A DNA stretch of 62,293 nucleotides, the filler included, from Basidiobolus ranarum (Eukaryota): the NCBI GenBank assembly GCA_040143965.1. It is 7 parts of 7 records of this genome, joined end to end, with 100 filler letters (N's around TTAATTAATTAA, not from the genome) between each part and the next. Parts side by side here need not be neighbours in the genome. Positions count along the whole stretch, not along the records: positions 44,602 to 53,404 come from JASJQH010007794.1; positions 53,505 to 62,293 come from JASJQH010007795.1; 5 more parts are not named here. One strand, given 5' to 3'. The translations under genes were made by a program, and so were the position numbers. Below the pieces are notes generated by a model. That model was not told where the DNA came from. It worked only from the letters and a program-made list of their open reading frames with translations, and searched no databases. Positions 52,266 to 62,293 of the stretch are shown piece after piece. Positions within the stretch are counted from its first letter, which is position 1. Each line of letters starts with the position of its first letter.

Positions 52266-53404
52266 ATGACCACCCTTCACTTTCCCTTTCCAGATCCTGT
52301 ACATCATTTACCTTTTAATAGTAATTCACTCCCTCATTCAGTAGAGACTGTTAATTCTTCTACCATAGCCTCAGCTGAAGTCTGTAAAAGTCTCAGTACT
52401 TCATATACTGTTCCAAGCCCAGAATATCGTTCAGTTCCATTTCCAACTATTACTACCGCACCGGTTCAACCGTCAAAAAACGTAGAGCATGTATTATATC
52501 ATCCATTAAACCCTAGACGACCAGCAACATTTTCTCGGATAACGGGGAAAGTCCAGCAGGATCCGCTTACCTCACCTACCAAAGAAGAATTTGGTGCAGA
52601 TTCACAGTCTCTGGTACGGGCCGAGATCCATGAAGCTATAACTAGTCCTATTACTAGGCCTAGGTCTATGTCAGTCCCAACGTTCACCATCAAATCAAAG
52701 CAATTTATTGTACATAAAGTGACCCAAATGGACACCATTCATGGAGTGGCTCTCAGATATGGAATTGAGGTTGGATCCAATATACAACTAACAATGACAG
52801 CTCCAGTAAATTAATCGCCATCTCTTTTGTTATAGGTTGAACGTCTGCGAAGAATCAATAAGCTATGGCCAACCGACCCGATTCAAATACGAGAATACAT
52901 TTATTTACCAAGCTTTCTCTGTAGCAATAGTCAAAAAGAAATTGAAACGAGTGGAGTGAAGCTGCTTATGGGAGAGGAAATTGAGCAACAAAATTGCTTG
53001 GAACAAAAAGCCATTTTCTTTTCGCCGCTGGCCAGCGAAACCTCCACACGAAGCCAGTTGGTGCGCCCTCGGCTTGTTTCTTCAGTCTCCACTAGGTCGT
53101 ATAGCTCTGCTACGGAGTATTGGTAAGCAACTGAACAATACACAGACCTGTGTTATCATACCGAACCCTCCGCTAAGATTGAATCATTTTCTAGGTTATC
53201 GACTAGTGTATTTCCATGGTCAACGATCGTGAGAGTAGTGGGAACTGTTAGCGAGAAGTTGAAGAGAAGTAAAACATGGGCACCAAGCGAGCTTCGTCAC
53301 AGTGCTACCCGAAGACCGTCATTACCGGATCATTTTACCAGGATTGAGCCGAGGCCCCAAAACTCGAAAACTGATCCTGAGCGCATCGCCATACCACTAG
53401 GAGC
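52266..53404 (+). CDS. LysM-domain protein with no signal peptide; truncated by spacer
   Basis: FIVHKVTQMDTIHGVALRYGIE|VERLRRINKLWPTDPIQIREYIYLP across intron 52770-52835; second intron at about 53123-53194. Confidence 0.88.
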
Positions 53405-53584
53405 NNNNNNNNNNNNNNNNNNNNNNNNNNNNNNNNNNNNNNNNNNNNTTAATTAATTAANNNNNNNNNNNNNNNNNNNNNNNNNNNNNNNNNNNNNNNN
53501 NNNNAATATGTCCTATTTATAGTTTACTATGAAATAGGACTATTGGACGTGCTTAGATCATAACAAACATGCCTGTTAAGCATG

Positions 53585-53772
53585 GGTGAAAATTTGAGGT
53601 GATTTGGAGAAGTTTGAGAAAATAGTGAAAATTGGTAAAAGTGATCTAATTGATATTTCTATCAATTAGAGCAATAAACATACGTATTTGAATGACAGAA
53701 TTGAGTACTAAATAATCAGAATATGAATAAACTAACTACTAAATAATGAGTTGCTATTTACCTAATTTCAAC
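53585..53772 (-). mobile_element. Highly diverged LTR remnant related to family A
   Basis: Contains TTTGGAGAA and ends CTAATTTCAACA on the + strand, like family-A LTRs. Confidence 0.4.
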
Positions 53773-55852
53773 AACTATATACAGAAGTTCTATTCTTTGG
53801 AACAATCCATGAAATCTAACCAATCATATCATCCCACAGTTGGTATATTTCTACCAAGACCTTGCCTAGGAGTCAAGGCAAGCTTTGATCCTAGCTTATA
53901 TGGCTTGTTTAGATCGAACTTTGCACTACATTGTCAAGTAGATAGCAATGGAATGTTGCTGGATAGTAAGTGTGTAGTGGCTAATGGAAAGCTTTGAATC
54001 CAGCTTATCCACTTTTACAACATAACCTTTGGCAAATGGCTAATCATAAGTCTGTTATAAGACTGCCTATTTTGTGAACTGACATCAGTGAGCATGTTGA
54101 AATGTGACCAGGCTCCTGATGCTAAAATTGTGGAGTTTAGTGTTTTATTTGGATGACAGTAATGCATATGCCTAGGAGAGTAAACTCCTTTAATTTAACA
54201 AAATCAACAGCTAGATAGTGCATTATGCTACCAAAACCTTCAATTATACTAATGGCAGGTGTGTGACCAGTATATACAATGATATTAGCATTAAAAACTA
54301 TTCACTCATCTAAACCCCATTACATAACTGTTCTAATTCCACAAATAGTGGCTCCTAGAAGCTAACTTTAAACACTATTTACTTAGATCAAGTTAAAATG
54401 GATATTGTGCCAATATCAAGACTATTATACCATTCATATGTGGCAAGATTATAGTCAATTAAATTTATAGAACTGCAAGCCTATACCATAGCACATTTAT
54501 TTGGTGAGAAACCATCTGGAGCCAATGCAACTACATAATGAGATGTGTTTTCAAAGAAACCTTGACATTTCAGATTCTTGTTGTGATAGCTCTCAGGCAT
54601 ATTGGCAATACCATTGTTTAATGGCAAGAACTTTGGTGCTAGATCAGCAAACAACACTTCAATGTTTTCATCAAAGCTTTAAGACAAGGAATTAATGGAG
54701 CATCTGCCAAATATGAACAATATGAGCCTGAATCAGTGATTGCCAATTGATTGCACACAGTATGTGATCTTGGGTTATTCAGATCACAGGTAATGGCTAA
54801 AAAACCAATTGGACATAAAGTTTCCAATTGACTATGGTCAAAGAGTAAGAACACCAGTAAGCACCTGCTAGCTAAGATTGGATAGAACTCTCCACTCCTT
54901 TATAATCAAAGCTGCTTCCATTACTGTAAGTGCTATGAATGGACTAACACTTGCCAAAAATACAGAGTTTGTAACAAAACCATCATCTTCTTTTTCATCT
55001 TCTTCTGATATGCTGCCAGTAGTACTGTAGTACCCAAGGTCAAGATCTAGAAGCTTGTTCTCAAAGTTTTCTGGACTTGTGGGTTTGCCCAAGCTTGAAC
55101 CTCTATCAACTTAATTCAAGTATAACTATGGTAACTCAATGGTATTGTGACTATCAGCAGTCCTACCAAATCTCTGAGGTAAATTTGGCCAATAAACCCA
55201 GTGGGCAAAACTAATATTAATTTGTGTACTTTTTACAATAGATACTCACCAGGCCATGTGGAGCTGGTGTTGTTGGGCAGTTACTGCGCTAGTGCGTATG
55301 TTTTCTAAGAAGCCCCTGGGGTTCATGGAATCACAATTTGTGACAATAATAGCAGGGTTTCTTCAAGCATTTGTGTGATGGCATGAAAAGAATATTGTGG
55401 AAAAAGAACACCAATTGTGTAAGGGTGGCATTTCAGCTGTGTCACATCAATATCATTGGCTGATTCTAAGATTGTGTCACCAGTGAGTCATCAAGGGATC
55501 TACAACATATATCTGGTAATGATGCTAATATTGGCTTATTATCTGTCGTTTGTAAACAAATTCATTACATCAAGGTCACCATCTGTATATTTCAATGCAA
55601 TTGAAAAAACATTCAAAAGCAAAATCAAAATTGGCTTCCAAGCACAAGCCCACTGTGAGGCAAGGAAAAACCAGCAAGAGCAGATGACTGCATTGATGAG
55701 CTGTGCAGCTACCCACTTTCCAAATTTGAAAGCATTAACATGCCTGGAACTAACTCAAGTAGCAATGGAGCATCAAGTACTTTACCAAAGGTAATCCTTT
55801 CTTGCAATCATGCAAGGGAAGAGATTACAACCCCTGAATTATGTAGTAGACC

Positions 55853-56812
55853 TATAGTAGAGCAAAGCTCATCAGAACCACAGTCAAAACCATCAACTTC
55901 CAAAAGGCTTACCTTAACTAGTCTTAAACACTCTTGGGAGACAGTTTTGATACAATTAACATGACAACAGAATCACAAGTAAAACACCATAATAATCTGA
56001 ATACCATCATAAGTAAAAACCTCAAAGCTGCTATTCAGGTCATGAGAAGCAATAATGCAGTAGTATTGTAATAAATGCAGTGCTCTGAAGCAACTGGTCA
56101 ACAGTCAGACAGTCACTCCACATTGATGAAAGACCTTTGGAATGCTGTACCTGAGCTACAGCATCATACTGCTCCCTCCATCCACTCTCATATGTGATTT
56201 CAAGCAACCTAACACCATATATAAGAATGTGCCCATGATAATCTAGCAGAGTGGAATATCTATTGAACCAGAAATCCAGCACAATGGCCCAAAATTGCTC
56301 AAACACATAATATTAGATATCTCTCAGGTACACCAGAAAACCAAGATACTCAAAATGTCAATAGTTGAGCAAAGTTCAACCAAAACACCATCAAGACCAT
56401 CAACTTCCAAAATGGCTACTTTGCCCACTATTGAACAACCTTCCATAGAAAACTTTGGATAGAATTATTACAACAAGCAAATTGCAGACAGAACACCATA
56501 ATAATTTGTATGCAATCATAAGTAAAAACTACAAAGTTGCTATACAGGCCATGACAAGCAATAATGCCACAATATTGCAATTAATGCAGCATTTGGAAGC
56601 AACCAGTCAACAGTCAAAGAGTCAATCAACAATGATACAAGACCTTCAGAATGCTGTACTTAAGCAATAATAACATGCTGGTCCATCCATCCATTCTCAT
56701 ATGGGATTTTAATCAGTCCCACATCATACATATGAGCATCACCATGTCAATCTAGCACAGAAGAATATGTGATGGACCATGAAGCCAACATAACAACCCA
56801 AAATTGCTTGAG
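55853..56812 (+). repeat. Degenerate tandem duplication of an approximately 505-bp unit
   Basis: ATAGTAGAGCAAAG...CCATCAACTTCCAAAA at 55854 and 56361; AACACCATAATAAT at about 55983 and 56492; CCCAAAATTGCT at about 56288 and 56797. Confidence 0.75.
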
Positions 56813-57399
56813 CAGGCAAAAGTAGAAATCTCATAGAAAACTGGCAAATCAAAAGACTCTGAATGTCAGAGCTGCCATCACTTGTTCTGATGATGAGTGG
56901 TTTAACATTTTTGAAACTGTGAGAAATCTTGCCCAAAATCACCTTGTTTTGAGCTAATTGCTGAAAATCTAAAGATCAGACATTACTCCAAAGGTTCTTG
57001 ACTTAATTCATTTGGTTTATGTTGGGTTCTGTAAGTACATGGCAATTGGGCTTGTATAGGCCTAATCATGAGATATCCCAAAAATGTATGGTATTATTAA
57101 CTTGGAAAAGAAGAAAAAGTGGCCAAAGATGTACACAAGGAGTACAAACTAGGTAGTCCAAGGAAAAAGCAAGAAATACAGTGTTTTTAGGCTCAACTGA
57201 TCTACTTACCAAATTCATCACATCACCACAAGAATCTGTATAACTAGCATGAGATAGACTGGCAAAAAGGCTTGATTTACCCATGCAATAGAGTACACTA
57301 GTTTGAAGAGTGCAAATGTTAAGAGTTTATCCAGCACCTGGCACCTCTAAACAAGCCTAAAAACCTTCAAATAAAACTCCTGGCTCTCCAACCTTATGA

Positions 57400-57600
57400 G
57401 ATAATTTTCAAAGTATTGATTGAAAGTTTTCTGAGATTGTAGCCAATCATGTAAAATCTATTTTACAAGATTGTGAAGTGTTGCTCCTGAAACCAAAGAA
57501 ATTGATTAAAATCATATCCAACTTGAAAATTTTATAATATGAAGTATATGGTCAATCTGAATCAAATTAATGTCTTAATGGTTCTGTTATATTAAAAATC
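57400..57600 (-). mobile_element. Copia family-A internal fragment
   Basis: Matches 18060-18250 (CTGAGATTGTAGCCAATCATG...CTCCTGAAAC...ATTGATTAAAATC). Confidence 0.7.
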
Positions 57601-57899
57601 ATCAAATTTCTACTATGCTTCAAGAAATTCAAAGTCACTGTACAATAGCTGGCACCTATTGGAAACACTGTTTCTATTATTACTTTAATACTATATTGTT
57701 CAATTCTCTATAGCAAGCAACTCTTCTATTACCAAAACTATAGAGAATCTTGATGAAGTACTGCTTATTGGGTCCTATGTTACCTCTATGTAATTTTTTG
57801 AAGAGAAAAAACTATTGGAAGGTCAGACTGAATATAGGAAAGAGAGTGCCTTCTGAATAAACAAACACTCTGTGGGTGCAAAGAACTGAATTTTAATGT

Positions 57900-60470
57900 C
57901 ACTATTATCACAAATTTGGGCACTATGCCAATAACTTCTATAAGAACAAAGCTTGTATGCAACATGTGACAGTGCAAGCAAACCATGTTAGAACTAAGCA
58001 GAATGTTGTGTTTGTTTCTGCTTTGGTTGCAGCTACTGACTTGGATTTTTGAGTAATTGACACTGGTGCGTCAGTACATATTAATCACCACAGATATTGG
58101 TAAAGCAGCTAGAAACCTTTAACAGTTAAGAAAGTCTAAATAGATGATTATTGTATTGTCAATGCAGTGGGAGTTGGAAATATTAATTTGTCTGTTAAAA
58201 TAAATGGAAAACAGTTGCATGCAATCTTAACTGATGTAGTTCATGTTCCTAGTATTGCAAAGAACCTGCTTTATGCTAGCAGAGTAAGGAGTTCAGAATA
58301 TGTGAACTTAGCTTAACACAAGCTGAACAAGCTATCATTGCAGCATCAACATTATGGTCATTGGAGGCTTCAAAGCCTGAGAGTACTTCAAGAGAAGGAA
58401 GTGATCTTAGGATCAAAATTATTATTTTTCACTACTAAAGTATTTTGTGTACAGCGCTTGCATGGGAAACAACATTGGAAATTCTTTTCATAAAGATGGA
58501 GCTACCAGAGCTAAAGAATTCCTTGGATTCATTCATTCTGATGAACAATGATCTATGAACAACACCTTGCAGGGTAGTGCAAGGAACTTCATTAAGTTAA
58601 CCAATGACTTGTCAAGTAAGACCTTTGTATACTTCTTAAGCACAAGAGTCAAAGTCTAGAAACAATCATGGAATTTGTAGCTGTGGTAGAGAATGAAAGA
58701 GGCAAGAAAGTTGAGAGACTTAGAACAGAGAATAGTAGAGAATGCATATCAATGAAGTTTGATAAAATTTGCAAGTCCTGGAGAATTAAGCAAGACACCA
58801 CTATCCCATACATTCTTCAACAAAATTGAGTCTTTGAAAGGAACAGGCAGAGCATAGTAAATACTGCCACAGCTTGTGGATTATCAAAAATGTGGCTATG
58901 AGTTTGAGGTGGAAGCAGTCTCCACAGCTGTCTCACTTGAGAGTGTTTGTGTGCAAAGCTTATGAACACATACCCAAGGAGAAAAGAAGTAGGCTGGGCT
59001 CTAAGATTAGACAATGCCTACATATGGCATATTTCCCTGGAAGACAAACCTACATCATCTACAATGTTTAAGCTAGGACTGTTCACAAATGCAGGGATGT
59101 GCTGTTTAATCTAACATGGTGTTATACTCATGATCAGCACTCCATCACTTTTAAGGATGGCCATGAGATTGCTTCAGCTGCTGAAGAGTATACAGCAAGT
59201 AAACTCGCCACCTGAAGAAACCTCCTACTGAGTGATGGAAGACTACCAGCATCTTAGTGAATGGGGCTACCAGTGAACCTGAAGCAATGCTTCAAGCACT
59301 TGAAAGTGCAGATGAAGAACTCTAGATTAAGGCTGCCAGTGAAGAATTTAATTCCATAATATCAGATTGGACATGGACCTTGGCAAAATGCCTGCTGGGT
59401 AAAAAGCTGCTTGATGCTAAAGGGTTTTCAAGATCAATAGAAATGCCAAGGGAACCCTCAACCAATACAAAGTACGACTAGTTGCTAAAGGATATTCAAA
59501 AACTGAGAGTGCTGATTTTGATGAGACCTATTCTCCTGTTGCCAAATACACTTCCTTTAGATATATACTGGCATTAGCAGCTTAACAAGACATACAGATG
59601 CATCAAATGGATGTAAAGACAGCATTTCTAAATGGTGACTTAGAAGAAGAGAAATTTATGGCTCAGCCCCCTGTAAATAGGTAGCAACCTGAATTAGTCT
59701 GCCAATTGAATATTCTTAATATTGACTAAAGCAAACACCAGGAGCTGCAATAAGAAGAGAGACTCACTCTTAGTAACACAAGATATTCACTGATAGCCAA
59801 TCTGATCAAAGTTACTATACTTTGCTCACACAACAGTATAGCCCAATCATTGCCCTATATGTTGTTGATATGATCTTGGTATCAAGTAACCTGTAGAAGC
59901 TGGATAAAGAAAAACTCTCTGGGTGATTTGGGATCACAGATCAAGAAGCTTAATGTGTCAAATAGTAGTAACCAAACTAGTTATTGCATGTGCTGTAGTT
60001 GCTGTGAGTTATTACTTGACTAATCCTGGAACAACACACTGGACTACTATTAAAGGAAATTTATACCATTTGAAAGGAACAAAGACTATTCTCTCCAGCA
60101 TGGACCTTTAACTTAAGAATACCTTCTGTTGGCATATAGTGACCAAGACTAGACCGGAGACTCTGATAAAAGAAGATATATTCCTGGGTATATTATTTTC
60201 AATGGGGAAGGATCTGTATCCTAAAACAGCAAGAAACTACCTACTGTAGCTTGATCAACTACCAAAGCAGATTATATGACAGTGACTCAGGCAACCAAAA
60301 AGGTCATATAGTCACCTTGAAGACTTGAGCTTGAAGCAATCTGGATCTACTATTATGTATGAATAAAACCAAGGAAGTTTGGTCTCAACCAAGATTCCTA
60401 CTCTCTATGTTGGACAAAACACATTGATATTTAATATCATTTTGTGAGGGAGAAGCTTGAAAAGATATAA
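57900..60470 (+). mobile_element. Heavily degenerate copia internal region (protease, integrase, RT, RNase H) of another family
   Basis: IDTGAS.H, DVVHVPSIAKNLL, IHSD, LRVFVCKAY.HIPKEKR, YKVRLVAKGYS, HQMDVKTAFLNGDLEEE, TKHIDI.YHFVRE. Confidence 0.88.
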
Positions 60471-60473
60471 CTC

Positions 60474-62293
60474 TGTCAAGGTATTTGGGGGCTGATTGGA
60501 AATGGTTTAGAGCATTAGCAAATTAGAGGTTTTCACTTTTTGATTCATTGGGCAGAAAGTTGACATTTTTAGTTTTGTACAATTTAAACAAATTAGCATG
60601 TAGAATGTGTTAAGAAAGGTTCCAGGAACATGTGTTCATAGTTTGGGGCTTCTTTAACAATCCTTATGTTGGAGAACTTCTAGGTTTGTGAGAATATTTC
60701 AAGTAAATTCAATTTCACAATAATGGGTAATATCTTAGTGAGATATAACATAACTAAGTACTTTGTTATATGGGACTATATAGGTGTATAGGCAATGCTA
60801 ATTTCAACACCCTCCCTCAAGTAAATAGACATATAAAGTATTCCTAAGGAAGGTCTAAATTTCTCCAATTTCTGTATGTCTTCAAAATCTCTGCCCCAAT
60901 TTGCATCAGAATATCTCAACATATTAAAGTTTGTTCCAGAATGCCGGTCTTTTAAGCACCGGTATATGGTACCATTCAAATATCTGAAGATGCACTTAAC
61001 TGCCATGTATTGATCTGATCCACAATTTTGAACATATTAGCATATAACTCCCATAGAATATGCAATATCTAGTCATGCTTCTACTAGTATATATGTCAAG
61101 CCATCAATCACAGACTCACAGGAAAATTTCTGGCTTTCTTGCATATCAAAGAATGTCTGACTTGAGCCACTTTATGTCAATATAAGATATGCATCTATTG
61201 GAGTAGATATTGGATCACTTTCTTCCATTTTATAATTTTTTAGTATATATATGATATACTTAGATTGATTTGAATTTATTGCTTCAGTGGTTCAGTGTAT
61301 ATTACTTTGGACTCTAAGATAGTACATCTGTTCACCAAGAACAGTCACTTTGAATTTGGCAGATTATATGGATTAGGTATATTCCAATGTCTTCAAGTCA
61401 TATGTTGCTATGAAAAATCTGTTGACATATAGGCTGATAAAGCTAGACTTTTCTTATCTGATCTAAAGATGATACTACAGTCAGCATTGCTCTTTTAGGA
61501 TTTGAGTATTTCCAAAAAAGTGTCCAACTTGCTTTTCCAAGCTCTTGGAGTTTGTTTTAAGCCATAGAGTGCTTTTCAGAGGCTGCAACTTTTCTGAGGT
61601 TTTTTTGGACCCACAAATCCATTTGGCTGATCTATGTAGATCTCCTCAGCAAGCTCATCTCTCAAAAAAGCAGTTTAACATCCATCTGACATACAATAAA
61701 CTGATATTTAGCTAAAATTGCTTAAATCCTTCTAATTGAACCAAACTTTGCTACAGGAGCAAGACTTTCCATGTAATTTATTCCTGGTATTTGGGAATAG
61801 TCTTTGCAACTACTCTGGCCTTATACCCTTCTATATTGCCTTCAAAGTTGTATTTTACATTAAAGACCAACCTATTGACTTTTATTTTTAAGTGAGTTGG
61901 GAAGAACTTAAGTTCAATAGTCAATCTAAGGCTTGAACTCATCAGCTATTGAAGATCTCCCAAATTTTGTGTCTGAGTCAATCAGGGTCTCTTTATAGCC
62001 TGGGGTTCACATATTTGAGCTGGGCATTCATAGGACCAATTTTGAGACTTCTAATCAGCCCCTAACAGAAATTTGAGGATTGTTATTGTAGGATAACCAT
62101 CACAATTTTAATCCATTTGGGATTGACCATTTACTTACCATCATAAAACCGTCAAGTTAGATTTGATTTTAATCAATTTTTTCAGTTTCAGGAGTGAAAT
62201 TTCAAGATCTTGCAAAATAGTTTCAAATGATTGGCTAAAAGCTCAGAGAACTATGGATCAACACATGTGCAAAAAACGTAACTCAAATTTTAC
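60474..62293 (-). mobile_element. 3' part of a copia family-A-related element: RT, RNase H with internal deletion, PPT and 3' LTR (60474-60809)
   Basis: YKARVVAK.YSQIPGINY, SALYGLKQTPRAW, YSDANWGRD fused directly to QKLEKFRP; TTGAGGGAGGG before the LTR. Confidence 0.9.

Overview
AT-rich eukaryotic DNA with short GT-AG introns (about 50-130 nt), most likely from an early-diverging fungus (Zoopagomycota/Mucoromycota-like; inferred from gene content). The window is seven contigs joined by artificial 100-nt spacers (N44-TTAATTAATTAA-N44), so adjacency across spacers is unreliable and several genes are cut off there. Intact genes: mitochondrial citrate synthase, SmD3, a small secreted two-repeat Cys protein, a YqjM-type Old Yellow Enzyme, a velvet-domain factor, a PIN/NYN-like protein, a NAB (NCD1+NCD2)-like protein and a secreted DOMON + copper type II (DBH/MOXD1-like) monooxygenase. 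Truncated genes: a Pro-rich (Sec24-like?) N-terminus, an NmrA/isoflavone-reductase-like gene, a LysM protein and a large multi-exon MEI1-like gene. A large part of the window is decayed, CpG-depleted LTR retrotransposon sequence: one Ty1/copia family with about 11 LTR copies and a half-tRNAiMet primer site, other copia fragments, and a Ty3/gypsy integrase remnant. The most notable items are three genes from families best known in animals (NAB, DBH-like monooxygenase, MEI1) and a Yap1-site cluster in the divergent OYE/NmrA promoter. Family assignments rest on motif recognition from memory, not on database searches.
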